Part shown: one piece after another, positions 13,009 to 25,063 of the stretch
Numbering within the stretch: the first letter of the stretch is position 1
Layout of the letters: every line of letters starts with the position of its first letter
DNA from: Folioceros fuciformis
Lineage: Eukaryota
Direction of reading: 5' to 3'
NCBI GenBank assembly: GCA_049999805.1
Contig: JBNGIO010006314.1
Span: 657,261-716,918 of the forward strand
Length of the DNA stretch: 59,658 nucleotides
Program-made: the position numbers and the translations under genes
The notes under the pieces: model-generated
The model's input: the letters and a program-made list of their open reading frames with translations, nothing else
Database searches by the model: none
What the model was told of the DNA's origin: nothing

Positions 13009-15497
13009 ATGGCCTCTCTGCCCGGCCCCAAACCCGGAACCCACAGTCAGTCCGACAATGGCCTCAACTTCCGCCCGCTCTGCAAGGGCCTCACTGTCGG
13101 AGCCGTGATCGGGATCTTGTACTGCTTTGCGATGCGGGATTTGGGCGTCGGGTTCGAGATGCCCCGCAATATCGTGAATTTCTATGGCCCGGGCCCATTG
13201 AATTTCACCTCCATCTCTCCCAGTTAAGCTCGCAGCCGGACCAGCCCAGTGCAGTGAAAGTCTGTCAAGAATTCTTTTTTGTGATGCCAAAATTGTGACA
13301 TCTGACTGCATTGCAGGTGCAACTACGTCTTTCTGGCCTGAGGAGCAACGAGTTAAGTGGCTTCTTGCTCTCTGGGAATCCTCCGCGCTGTTGAACTTCT
13401 CGAGGACACCTGCGGATCCCCTCGTCGTGCAGGCTCAGCACATTCTTCACAATGTGACGCTTCCACCCCCCCATTTGGAGAATTGCGAAGAACGGGCTGT
13501 GGAATACAGGAAATTAGATTCACGAGACAATGATGGCAACCGGCCAGCTTGGTCCCTGTGGAAAGGTCGCATTGGGTGGTTGCCAAGGGACGATCCCATT
13601 GACGTTGATGAATCAGAAGAGATGCTGGGGAACCACACGGCATTGCTGTGGGGGCCGTTTCCTCCTTGGGTAATTTTCCACACAACGCTCCTCTTCAATA
13701 GAGACTCCTTGTTTGCTTGCGTGAGCTGGATGACTAGCGTTGCATCGAATGACCTCCAGCTCTTAAGCTTCTCTTGGTGGTTGCTGTTTTCCCAAGCACA
13801 AGAATAACATTGCACCACAGTACTGCAGATCGGAGGGGCCGAGGAGGATAATCTGCCCTTCACTCGGAGGGTGCAGCGGGATCTCTGGCTTCTTCAGCAC
13901 CCACGTGACTGTGCGGATGAAAGTGTCCGCTTCTTGGTACTGGATTGGGAAACCAGATCGCATTTAGGGTTAGGGGCGCAGATAAATCATATTGCCGGAG
14001 TGTTCGCATTTGCCGTGCGTGAAAGGCGTGTGCTAGTGACACAGAACTTCAATCGGGCAGAACATGAAGGGTGCCAAGGTGAACACTGTCTCGCTCTCCT
14101 TCTTCAAGCTGGCAGCGGATTGCAGCAACAGCTGAATGCTCGGCTTTGGTTGGCGCAGGTTCAGATTTCATGAGGTGGTCTTGTTATTTCGTGTCCGAGA
14201 CAACACAAGAATGCAGGCACAGGGCTGAACAGCTCATAAGCGATCAGAAGGCTTTGGCTGATGGTCGGGTTTTACTCGGTGGCCGTCTGAAAGGACCACA
14301 GTATGACGCATGGCTGGGCCTGCCTCCAGAGTATGTTGCCACCGCTCTTTGACTTCCTTCCTGAGTATTCGTCTCAGCATCTCCACTGACTCTTCATTGT
14401 GGGCCTCTGCTGCTGCTGGGCAACGTGACACACTAAGGCCTTACCACCAGGGTCCCTTGTCTTTCCAGACTGTGGGGTACTCCCTGGAATCTCATGCAAC
14501 CTACATCCGAAGTGAGTGGCAAGCTATTGGTGGACTACAACAGAAAGTACCTGCGATGGTGGCGTTCGCAGGTGCTGTATGCATATTCAACCATGTGATT
14601 GTTTCTTGACATTCGTGCAGCGAAAGCTCACGTACTGTCCACGCCTTTTAGGTTATCCGGTACTTAATGCGATTTCCCAGCCAACGCATGTGCATGCTCC
14701 TCAACAAGGCCCGGCATAAAGCATTTGGAGTAAGGGCTGCTACTAAAGTACTGCGGTCTGCCACTCAGGTACCGGACACTGTCTGGGGAAACCTATGTAT
14801 TGACGCAAGTCTCACATTTCTTGTAGTACTACGGTATACTTGTGTGGACCTTGTTGACGGTGTCTGAGGTCTCTCCAGATCGGAGAGCACCACATGGTAC
14901 AGGAGGCAGACATGGAAAGGTGGATATGGACAAGCCAGAAGCCCTGGATTCCCAGACCCTTGCTGAGCGTCCACGTCCGTCAGGGCGACAAAGCCAAGGA
15001 AATGGCCATGGTAGATTTCCGGGGCTACATGGCTCTTGCGAATAGGCTGCGGAACCGGTTTCCCCAAGTTGAAGACATTTGGCTGTCCTCCGAAATGCAG
15101 GTGACTCCTAAACCTCCTCGTGCAAGGAAACCTTAAACTGGGTAGTGGGATTTCAACTTTATCTCTTGTCCATCAAGCCCATGAAAGCTCATGGCATAGT
15201 CACGTGACTCACCTGCAGGAAGTGATTGAGTCTTCTGCAACATACCCCGGCTGGAACTTCTACTTCACCGAAGTCCCCCGCCAGTCTGGCAACACCACAA
15301 TGCGCGCCTACGAGGCAAGCCTCGGAAGGCAAAGGAGCTCCGAGAATGCGTTCGTGAACTTCCTCATGGCAGCCGACGCCGACTTCTTCGTGGGCGCTCT
15401 GGGCTCCAGTTGGTGCTACCTCATTGACGGAATGCGTAGCACCGGTGGCAAACAAATGGCTGGTTACCTCAGTGTGAACAAGGACAGATACTGGTAG
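13009..15497 (+). CDS. FUT8/GT23-like fucosyltransferase, copy 3; 8 exons
   Basis: MASLPG start, TM segment, GPFPPW|IGGAEEDNLP, SVHVRQGDK, ends GYLSVNKDRYW*. Intron positions are conserved with copies 1 and 2. Confidence 0.85.
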
Positions 15498-16661
15498 TAA
15501 AGCATCAGGCAGCCATGCCCCTTCTTTCAATGGTCACCACAGCAATTCCTGTGCGTCTCGTCTGCTGCGCTGCCAGCCCATTCACCTCGCCGGTTGAAGG
15601 CAGCGGTTGGGGGTGGTTGGTGCCACAACCAGGCGAACTGGAACTGCCAGTAGTAACGGTGAACTGTCAGCTGTGCTCAATCCCGTGACAAATGTGAGTG
15701 GAACCGCACCGCGCCCCCCACCCCGTTCCGTTATCCCGGCTGCGGTTAGCGCCATCTGGCCGGCACTTTTGTCCGCGTGGCAGCCTTACGGCGGGGCGTG
15801 ACGCCACATCAGCTGCTGCTGTCCCCGTGGCGAGGAAAGGAGGCTCGTCATCACTGTTCGCGGTTTCTGAGGAGGACAGCCCGGCCAAGGTGGAGGGAAG
15901 GCAGATCGGTGCGTGTGCTCCGGCGGCCCGCCCTGTGATGAGTAATCTACAATCGGGCAAGCAAACAAGACAAACCAATCCGGTGCCTTCCAATTACCTT
16001 GATGAATGCCTGTGGGACAAGGCGCTCTCTCTGGTTGCATTGCTCGAGCCTATGGCCGTGATTTTCATGAGGTGAAAGCGAGCTTGCAACGGCACTGCTG
16101 GCCATGGAGGCATGTATGTGGGAAGCTCTAGCCGCTTGCATGGCATGGCACGGTGGGTTATGATTGTGCATGTTGTTACCGGTGATGACAGATAGTGCGC
16201 TGAGTTGGCGTTTCTGTGTCATCAACAGCGACATCCCCTTCTGCTACACATGGAAGTGTGCTCGCAATCATCTTGTGTTTGCTGTCGCGGCAGGGCCCAG
16301 GGACGATGTCTGGACGAATTTCAAGATCTAGAGCTGTGGTTTTGAAGCTGAAGCGAGGCTCAGACTTGTGTGATCTTAGAGCTCGTGGCTGCCCTGCGGG
16401 GTTGAGCAAATTGTCAGTCCGAGTGTGAACTCGTTGTTCTTGTTGTGATCGGGTCTTTGGGGACTCCGTTCTTCGCAATCCTTGCCCCAGCATTGAATTC
16501 GTGTTGAGGCGGAGCAGCTGACAAGATTGCANNNNNNNNNNNNNNNNNNNNNNNNNNNNNNNNNNNNNNNNNNNNNNNNNNNNNNNNNNNNNNNNNNNNN
16601 NNNNNNNNNNNNNNNNNNNNNNNNNNNNNNNGGGACTCCTAGGAGAAGCTTTGGTGAAGAG

Positions 16662-18704
16662 ATGGAGCAGATTTGGCAGCGGATGGTTGGCAAGCACCGC
16701 TTCCTCGTGGCAATGGCTATCTTCCTCGCATTTCCCCCCCTCCTTCACCTGGTCGTCTACTTTTTTCCTCTCCTGCTTTGCACTGGTCTGTGCGTGGCTG
16801 TTTTCAGATCAATGGGAGACGAGGTTGAGAAGGATTGTGCAAGCGCAGGAACTCCAATGGCAAGCAGCCTGGAGAGATGGTTGACCGAGGTATGCGCCTT
16901 CCCCAGGTCTGGACCGGCGCCAAGGACAAACTTGATGCCCAAGGGGTCTCGGAGAAACCAGTTCCCGCCTGTTGCTGGATTCAGCTTTGCAGTCATGTCT
17001 GAGGCTCGGGGAAGTGGGAAGGCAGAATCCGGCTACGGCCAAAAGCACCCCGAAAACATGCAGGGAAACGGGAGTTCATCTCAAGCAGAAGCTGCTGGAG
17101 CGAAAGCACAAGGAAAAGCTGTGGATCCCCGGATTTCTTCTGAAAGTGCACAGCGTGCACGTGGAGAAGAACGATTTTCGATTTGGTCACTTGGAAAGGA
17201 TCTGGAGCCCGACAGCGTTTGGGCGAGAGGGAACGCAGAATTCGGCTACAGGCTTATTCGCGAGCCAGATGTGCAGGAGAATGATAATCCATCGGGTTCC
17301 CAAGAAGAAGCTGATAGCGCTGGATCAGAAGCTGTGCATTCCCAGATTTCTGCTGTACCTGCACAGCATGGGGCAGCAGGATTCGCATTTTGGCATCAGG
17401 AGAGCATTGTGGTTCCGTCTCCGAACCGGGTCACCTCAACTCCAGAGAGTAGTACTTCACCGGTCTATGCTCGCTGCGCGAGAGTGACAGCCCAGTCTAG
17501 GAGAGAGAGAGCTAGGATCGAGAAGCTGCAGGCGAAACAAGACGTCCCCAGAGAAGAACTTGCGTCGCCTCCTAGGGTGCAGCCAGACCTGGAGAACCTG
17601 GAAATGCTTGGGGCTCTCGTCGAGACTTCGCCCGAGCGAGTATTCGCTTTACTTGGTGAAAGACACCGTCAGGAGGGGAGGCTGCGTAAAGTTCGGAGGC
17701 TGAAAGGGGAGCAAATGCCACAAGAGAGGTCACAAGAGGGTAAGGAAATGCAGGCAGATGTCGAAAGGATTGCGCAGAGTACTAGGTGGGAGGAATGGCT
17801 GGCAAGCTTCGGTCCAGAGGGTAAGAGAGCGCAGGAACGTCTTGACAGGTTTGCAAACAGTCAGGCGGGTCTGGACGAGCAAGCTGTCAACGGGCCCGCC
17901 ATCTCAGTGAGCTCCGTGCAACAACCTTACCGTAATCAAGCAAGCGTACGCAGGCCACGGTGCTCAGTATCACCCGAAGACTGTATGTCCGTCCTGGAAT
18001 GGCCTAAATACAGCAGTTCTCTCGAGGCTCATGCTCACGCTCAATCTGCCAAAGCAGTCTGCTGCACAAGGGAAACGTGTGGAGTACATGAGATCAACCC
18101 TGCATCAGAGATTCCTGCACACGACAGCATCATGCTTCCTACGCCATTGCTGAACAGGGAGGAATGGGTGGAAATGGAAGGGGAGAGGGGCACAGCGCCA
18201 AGGACGCTGGACCTCAGAATGCCTGTTGCTGGAGCTGGAGTCATAGCACAATTACCTCATCGTGGACATTTCACGTTGCAGGCAAGGGTGCACAATGCAA
18301 CGCAGGATTTCAAGGGCAAGAAGAGATTACTCGTGGAAGACTCCAAACTCAACCTGGGTGTAAATGTTGGTGAAACTGGGCAGCGGGAGTGGGGCATGTC
18401 GTCAGGACTGGAGGCCGTTACCTCAAAGGACAAGCCTAACCCGGTGCCAGTGCCACCACGTTCTACCACACCTGCGGATGCACCTCTCCACCTGTGCAAC
18501 AAACCTAGTACCATACACCACGGGACCAACAACAGCGAAGTGGCGGCAGTAGGATTCTCAGTCTCAGAAGTTAGAGGCAGAGGCAGGAAAGGAATGTGCC
18601 AATTGCAAGGCCTGCCAGTGCAGCCATTGCCACAGGGGGACCCGGCTAAGAGGTATCTGCATATCAAGTATCAAACCCATCACTGGAATGACCTCAAATC
18701 CTGA
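16662..18704 (+). CDS. Uncharacterised protein with N-terminal hydrophobic/TM hairpin and long low-complexity charged body
   Basis: About 680-codon open frame directly after a gap; KHRFLVAMAIFLAFPPLLHLVVYFFPLLLCTGLCVAVF hydrophobic stretch. Possible small introns are unresolved. Confidence 0.6.
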   Translation: MEQIWQRMVGKHRFLVAMAIFLAFPPLLHLVVYFFPLLLCTGLCVAVFRSMGDEVEKDCASAGTPMASSLERWLTEVCAFPRSGPAPRTNLMPKGSRRNQFPPVAGFSFAVMSEARGSGKAESGYGQKHPENMQGNGSSSQAEAAGAKAQGKAVDPRISSESAQRARGEERFSIWSLGKDLEPDSVWARGNAEFGYRLIREPDVQENDNPSGSQEEADSAGSEAVHSQISAVPAQHGAAGFAFWHQESIVVPSPNRVTSTPESSTSPVYARCARVTAQSRRERARIEKLQAKQDVPREELASPPRVQPDLENLEMLGALVETSPERVFALLGERHRQEGRLRKVRRLKGEQMPQERSQEGKEMQADVERIAQSTRWEEWLASFGPEGKRAQERLDRFANSQAGLDEQAVNGPAISVSSVQQPYRNQASVRRPRCSVSPEDCMSVLEWPKYSSSLEAHAHAQSAKAVCCTRETCGVHEINPASEIPAHDSIMLPTPLLNREEWVEMEGERGTAPRTLDLRMPVAGAGVIAQLPHRGHFTLQARVHNATQDFKGKKRLLVEDSKLNLGVNVGETGQREWGMSSGLEAVTSKDKPNPVPVPPRSTTPADAPLHLCNKPSTIHHGTNNSEVAAVGFSVSEVRGRGRKGMCQLQGLPVQPLPQGDPAKRYLHIKYQTHHWNDLKS

Positions 18705-19882
18705 TTGGCAATCTACTATTTCGACTGTGGACTCTACATTGAAGGGCGGCGGCAAAGTGCACGCCAATCTCACCTTCCAGTCTGCAACTGCCGTTGACAA
18801 ACTCTCACCCATGCCTCCTTCAAAATGCTACTGATCTGCATCTGCTCTTCCAGAATTTCGAAGATGCAACTTGCTTTCCAGGTCCTGTATTAATGTGGCC
18901 AGAGATTGCAAGCTGTTCTGTCGACCAATCAGTCCATGGTCTTCTCTTGCTCCAAGTCTCCTGCGTACTCCAGCTTGACATTTCTCACGGCATTGGAAAC
19001 CACACAGCCAGTTGCGCTCTGATCTCTGCATGTAACATCCATTGTTTCGCTACCGCTTACAATTCTGCTATCGCCCACAAGTAGCGGCAGACACATCTTT
19101 ACCTGAGAAGCCAATTCTGCAATTTCTGGAGTGGACGAGAAGACAATCTGCAATTTGACCGTCTTGGGTAAGGCACAAAATTCCGAGAGTAGCTCCTTTT
19201 CACCAGACAAAGGTACAGTAGCTATTGTGCGGTTCCGACACCGGCGGATAGTAGGGAATAAAAATGACATACATGGGGATATTATCTTTAGATACCTAGT
19301 TAGTTAATTGAGTGGCAGCAAGAAGAAGAGTGCATAGGATACAATAAAGAAGAGCATAATGTCTTTCCTAAAATGAAGACTCTATCCCATTTAAATTGTT
19401 AAGTTGTATTAAATTTTATTTAAGTTATAAGTAAATTTATTTTTAAGCTATCTTCTAAGCATCATACTTTAGATTATTTTGAGCCCATTCTACTAAAAGG
19501 CAACTCAAACATATATGCATGGTAGTCTTTCTTGATAAACTAGAGTCTAATATATTAATTTATATTTCTAGAGTTTAATTAACTTTCCCATTTCTCAAAC
19601 TGTTATCATAGTATCCTTTGATGTCATCAGTTGTCCTCATCCTCTCAACAAAGAATTCACATCCATACTCTCATATGTTTCAACCTACAAAAAAAAATAT
19701 GATAGCAAGGGTTAGCATATATTAAAGTATACTTTTGTACATATGTTAAGTGCATTGAGATAACTTAGACAAGTTTGATATAAGTACCTAAGAATAAGAG
19801 TACAATTTCTTGAAAGAGAACTCATGGAGATTTGGAATGGGTACATTTGAATGACTTCAATAGCTAGTTGCCAGGATTTCTT

Positions 19883-21259
19883 TCATGCAGCTTCACAAAG
19901 CATATCACAAAGTTTTTTGTGCACACTCCATTTTGAAACTTGACAATCTCTACTGCAGTACCATTCACTTTTACACCTTGAACATCTTTGCACAGCAGGA
20001 GTTCCACAAGCTGCACAAGATGGAGCATCCATCATTTCCCCAAACTCAAAAATCCGCATCATTTCTTGAGCTCGCTCCCTATTAGCAGCAAATGTGTCTT
20101 TTGAAAAGTTAAAGACATTTTTCATATGTGCCTTTGCCAATTCCTTCCAATTGCTCGAATGCAATATCTTTTCCCGGATTTGTGGAACTTGTTCTAATAT
20201 CAATCCTGACTTGTCTCCTGTAGATGAGGGTACCATTAGTGTAAGCTCTTCCAATGCCCATTGTAAGTCTTTCAACACAGGTAACTGGTTCAAATATATC
20301 TCATTGAGGTGCTTCTTAAGTTTAAGGATTTGTCCTCGTCTGAACTCAGAATAATGGTATTTAGCACGACATTGACTGTCAACAAGCAAGTTGTTCAATG
20401 CCAACCAAACTTGTGCATCAGGCTTCATCAATTTGAACTTGTCTTGAGAAGGGATTTCAACCCATTTTCCATCCACATATTTTTCAGTGACATACTTATC
20501 ACATTGTTTCCTCTGTCGCTCCCAAGGAGGATTTTCAATAAGAGGAATCAGAGCCATAATAATGTCTCTAGAGTCTAGAAGTCTAGACATTAATGATAAA
20601 GAAAGCTCACTAATGTGATCTGTTAGGTACCTCAAAATAGTCAGTGCACAAATGCCTGTACAAAATTGTGTGAGACTTGCTTTCTCTCTTACATCATCCT
20701 TAGGCTTTATGTTCAATAACTCTTGAGCACTCTTTTCTCTATAAGCACCATCTTCTGCTGCTTGGGTGTTGAGGTATATCATTTTGCGATAACAATAGTC
20801 AGCAAGCTCCAAGAGCCCATCTCCTCCAAGTGCTTCACAAGCTTCTCTATGGAAGAACATGATTTCAAACATGTTCACTATTGTAGTTTCTTGATATAAA
20901 ATCAAACTCAAAGTGATTGTCGAATTTTCTAGATCAAGGTTCTCAAAAATCAATGGCAGTATTTTTTCTTGCCAAATTTCCACAACTAAAAGTTCATGCA
21001 ATAACACTTCCATTTTTCCATAAGAGATCAATGCAACCATCACAAACTCATCTGAGTTTGCTAAAGTGTTATAATGAGCTTGAAGATTCAATTTCTCTAG
21101 CTGTTGATGTTGTTTCAACCACGCTGGGCTGCCTATCTCATGTACAGGAAATACTCTAAGACTTTCTATTATCTTTTCAGCTTCATAACAGGATAATAGA
21201 ACTCCATCTTCACTCTTTAGGAATCCAGGTCTAGCACTTGTGTTTGCATCTATCTCCAT
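19883..21259 (-). CDS. ZMYND10: Zinc finger MYND domain protein 10 (BLU), axonemal dynein assembly factor; intronless
   Basis: IGSPAWLKQHQQLEKLNLQAH, LLELADYCYRK, LTILRYLTDH, QVWLALNNLL and C-terminal MYND CAACGTPAVQRCSRCKSEWYCSRDCQVSKWSVHKKLC. Confidence 0.93.
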   Translation of the reverse strand: MEIDANTSARPGFLKSEDGVLLSCYEAEKIIESLRVFPVHEIGSPAWLKQHQQLEKLNLQAHYNTLANSDEFVMVALISYGKMEVLLHELLVVEIWQEKILPLIFENLDLENSTITLSLILYQETTIVNMFEIMFFHREACEALGGDGLLELADYCYRKMIYLNTQAAEDGAYREKSAQELLNIKPKDDVREKASLTQFCTGICALTILRYLTDHISELSLSLMSRLLDSRDIIMALIPLIENPPWERQRKQCDKYVTEKYVDGKWVEIPSQDKFKLMKPDAQVWLALNNLLVDSQCRAKYHYSEFRRGQILKLKKHLNEIYLNQLPVLKDLQWALEELTLMVPSSTGDKSGLILEQVPQIREKILHSSNWKELAKAHMKNVFNFSKDTFAANRERAQEMMRIFEFGEMMDAPSCAACGTPAVQRCSRCKSEWYCSRDCQVSKWSVHKKLCDMLCEAA

Positions 21260-21572
21260 CCCTAAGTACTCAATAAAAACACAAGAGCAGAACTCAAACA
21301 ATTCTTCCTCTTTCTTGACCCAGGATTACATAAAACAAGAACGAGACAAAAGGCATTCAACAAGTCTTCTCAAAACAAATCATCCACATGCCATTCATCC
21401 TTATGTAGTCCTCTCCAACGCCAAATTGATAAAGCTTTAAATAATTCAATTCTAACTATAATTTAAAATGCCTCTATAACTACATAATTACACATTCCAA
21501 ACTTCCTCTAAGACTTGATGTTTATGTGATGCACTTCAGAAGGGTGGGAAGGAGTTGTCAGGAGTCTCGAAT

Positions 21573-22697
21573 TTATCGGACAACGACAGTCTGGACCTTC
21601 TGGGTCTTCAGGCCAAGTTCGCCTCTTGTCTTAGTGACGAATAAGTCGTTGCATTTGATTGCAGCTGGTATTTTCCCACTAAAGGCGCAGCAGGGAGTAT
21701 GGCAGATTGCGCTGTAGCGGCCCAAGGTGACGATGGCTAACACGAAACTAGAGGGCTTATATTTCTTGAGCTGCTTACATTTAGGGTCCTTGATGAGCTT
21801 CCTTATGTTCTGAACCGCAACATCAGCGTGTAGGCTAGCGAAGTAGCCTTGCTTGATCTCTTTGATGTTGGTGATGTCACCGACGGCGAATACATTAGGA
21901 AACCTTGGCAGCTGAAGTGTGTCTTCCACCTTGATCCGCCCGTTCTCCTCCAGCAAATCTTTGAAGTCAGAATCCTTGAGCCAGGAGTTGCCAACCTTCT
22001 TCCCAACGCACATGAAGTAGGCATCGGCTTCAATTTTCTTGCCTTGCTTCGTTGTGTAGGGAGATTTGCCGAAGTCCTCCACCCTGTCGTCCAGGATGAC
22101 CTCTACGTTGCGGGCCTTGAGCCAGTCCAGGGTCTTCTTGGATGCGATAGGGCCGATGAATTCTAACAACCTGCTTCCGGAATGCACTAGAGTAATTTTG
22201 ATTGCAGGAAAATCTGTGGCCACCTCCCCGGCTAGCTCCACCCCAACCGGTCCCCCTCCGACGATGAGAATGGCCTTGGAGGAGGCAAGCTTCTGGTTCA
22301 GTTTCATATACTCCTCAAGGCGGTCTCGCCTGGTAAGAGGACCGTTGTATGCGGTGCCTGTGGCAATGACAAGGAAGTCATAGTCAATGTGCTCTCCATG
22401 ATCTGTGACTACCTCTTTGGCGGACGCAGATTTGGCACTGTTGGTGACTAGCACAGACTTTCCCAGGTAGTCTGAGTGGAAGAAGCATGACCTTTCCCCA
22501 AAACTCGGCTGCACAATGCACCTCATGCCTGCGTAGGGCACCTCGAAGAAGTCCTTGGCATCCACGAACAATACTTCCGCATCATTTTCCAATTTCTTGG
22601 CCACAAGTGCGCCTGCAACACCACCCCCAACCACCACCACTCTCTTCTTGGACAGTTTCTTCTCCAATCCTGCTGTCCCAAGGGTGCTGATCGACAT
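21573..22697 (-). CDS. AIFM2/FSP1 (AMID)-like FAD/NAD(P)H oxidoreductase; intronless
   Basis: Two Rossmann motifs (VVGGGVAG, IVGGGPVGVELAGE), DFLVIATG, VFAVGDIT; 374 aa. Confidence 0.9.
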   Translation of the reverse strand: MSISTLGTAGLEKKLSKKRVVVVGGGVAGALVAKKLENDAEVLFVDAKDFFEVPYAGMRCIVQPSFGERSCFFHSDYLGKSVLVTNSAKSASAKEVVTDHGEHIDYDFLVIATGTAYNGPLTRRDRLEEYMKLNQKLASSKAILIVGGGPVGVELAGEVATDFPAIKITLVHSGSRLLEFIGPIASKKTLDWLKARNVEVILDDRVEDFGKSPYTTKQGKKIEADAYFMCVGKKVGNSWLKDSDFKDLLEENGRIKVEDTLQLPRFPNVFAVGDITNIKEIKQGYFASLHADVAVQNIRKLIKDPKCKQLKKYKPSSFVLAIVTLGRYSAICHTPCCAFSGKIPAAIKCNDLFVTKTRGELGLKTQKVQTVVVR

Positions 22698-23286
22698 CCT
22701 CCTTCAGCTTGCTACCCACCCTGGTGTGTGGCAGCTCAAACCTAATTAACATGCTCGCATAGATTCTGCTCTGGCAGGCTAAGCAACGAAAACTCCCAGA
22801 GCCAAGGTCGGTCCACAAATTGTCACAGTTGTGGGCCAGTTTACTAGGGTCCTACATCAGAGGTCGCGATGTTTCACTATTCCGGCTACTGAATAATATA
22901 CTTCATGCTGGTCCTGACTCCTAATTGGCCGCTCTGTCGCAGTACCCGTTGCCCCAGACTGTGCACACAAACCTTGATCCTCGTGATGAGCATCTGATGA
23001 GTGAGTTCAAATTTCTCCTCCCTTTCCAGCCTCCGGACCAAGGCGGGCAGTGTTGTAGGTCTACCATTCAACTGACCAAGAGTCATGGACTGGCAGGACC
23101 AAGCTACGGGTAAAATTCCCAACCAAACGACAAGATGAAGGCCAAGGCCAGGGTTGGGGTGCGATACAGGTATAGTCTAACTGAGTGGTACTGCCGCCTC
23201 CACTTCGAAGTTCGGCTCAAGATCAATGAAACTGCAGATACATGTACAGTACAGCAGTCATGTGCTGAGCTAGGTTTAAATAGGAT

Positions 23287-23796
23287 CTATGGCGTCAGGG
23301 TAGCTGCTACGGTATAGCGCCACAGTCTCGGCACCTGGCAACTTGAAGACTCATCCGGTGCATCTTTGCACGAAGTTGGCAGCACTGCTACACAACGTGT
23401 GAGCTCACTGAAACGGTGCAGGAAATACAATGCTTTCGCCTTCCGAAGCAGGCTCAACGAATGGAACGGATTCTGTTCCAATGCCGCCGAGCTGGCTGCC
23501 AGAGCCTCCTCAAGCTTTTCCATGCGAAGCAAAGCCTCAGATCTGTTGGAGTAGGCCTGCACAAGACGCTTGGTCCGGACAGCACTCCTCTCAGGATCGA
23601 TTCGTGAGAGGAAGCTGTTGTCATTTTTTGTGACAGCGAGGCTCATCTTGTAGAAATCACTCGCCACCTTCCAATCTCCCTGACGAAGCCTCTCGCCCCC
23701 CAGCCTGATCAACGTGCCTGCATATTGCTCGCCAGTGTATCTGTGCGAATTAGGATCTCCACGACTACTACGTCCCTCCGAGATGGGAAACCACAT
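23287..23796 (-). CDS. Short TPR-repeat protein, possibly a truncated fragment
   Basis: TPR consensus AYSNRSEALLRMEKLEEALAASSAALEQNPFH and SLLRKAKALYFLHRF. No downstream domain recognised. Confidence 0.6.
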   Translation of the reverse strand: MWFPISEGRSSRGDPNSHRYTGEQYAGTLIRLGGERLRQGDWKVASDFYKMSLAVTKNDNSFLSRIDPERSAVRTKRLVQAYSNRSEALLRMEKLEEALAASSAALEQNPFHSLSLLRKAKALYFLHRFSELTRCVAVLPTSCKDAPDESSSCQVPRLWRYTVAATLTP

Positions 23797-23924
23797 GGTT
23801 GAAAATTGACGGTTAATAAGCACAAAGCACTCAAAAGATGCACGATCGGGTGTCTAAATCCTCCGAAACCTTGACATTGAGAAGATGGATTTTCCGTGCT
23901 TCCAAATTGTAACAACTAGCAAGT

Positions 23925-23996
23925 TACACCTCCATACGGAGATATAGCAAGGCAACAATCAAATGGTCGCAAGCTATATCTCCATACGGAGGGCAT
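23925..23996 (-). ncRNA. Candidate miRNA-like hairpin
   Basis: 23930-23948 and 23973-23991 pair over 19 contiguous bp on the minus strand (2 G:U), with extra inner and outer pairing. Confidence 0.3.
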
Positions 23997-25063
23997 GCGT
24001 CCGGCACGCAACCGACAACCAGTCCAGCTTCTGGGGCCCGGCCTTGAGCCTGCCGCACTGTGCTGCAGGTGGACGTTACATGGGATGACCTCTCGCATTC
24101 GTACTTTCATCTGCCTTGGTGACCATTTCAATGGCGGACTGGCCACGAGGCTAGACTGAAGGAGTGGGCCGATCGGCACCAACTCTTCAGTCAGGCCAAA
24201 CAGTCTGAAGCATCTAGGAATCGGACTAGAAAGACGTCTCTCGCTCAGGATCGTCCACTAAATACTGCCGTCTCAGGCAAAATACTGCAGCAGTGACAAA
24301 GCTCTGTCCCATTCAAACGACAGGCCATGCCTCGCTCAACCTGCTCTCCAACACCTGAATTCAACTAGCGAAAGAGCTGGAAGGTTCCGAAGTGCCTCCA
24401 CTGGGGATGGCATTTTGTGTAAATCAAAAGAATGACAGACTCAAGACAAGGTCCAAGACCCAGGAGGTGTGGGTGTTTCAGGACAAGACGACACTAAACG
24501 CACGCAGCAGCCTGAACAAGGGTCGCTTTCTTCATTCGGAAACGGCAACGGAGACATTAATAGAAAATCAGGTCAAAAATAATCATTCAAACCTAGTATA
24601 ATATTCTTNNNNNNNNNNNNNNNNNNNNNNNNNNNNNNNNNNNNNNNNNNNNNNNNNNNNNNNNNNNNNNNNNNNNNNNNNNNNNNNNNNNNNNNNNNNN
24701 NNNNNNNNGTATAATATTCTTACTATTGAACCTAGTTAGTTTTATCATACCTTTTATTAAAAAGAAGACATGAAAAAAAATCAGCCGTCTCAAAACGAAG
24801 AGAAACTTCCACAACCACGGGGCATATATATACACATATATGAAGAAAATATTTACATAAAAATATATAATAATAATAATATTTTATTCAATATATTTTA
24901 TATAATATAATATACCATGAATATAAAAATCATGATATTATATTAACTATGGTGCTAAGATAATAAATAAAGATTTTACACAAAACGTTACTCCAGGATA
25001 TTAGTATCATACAATATGCACAACATATTATTTATATAAGCTAAGAAAAAATTATATAAAAGA

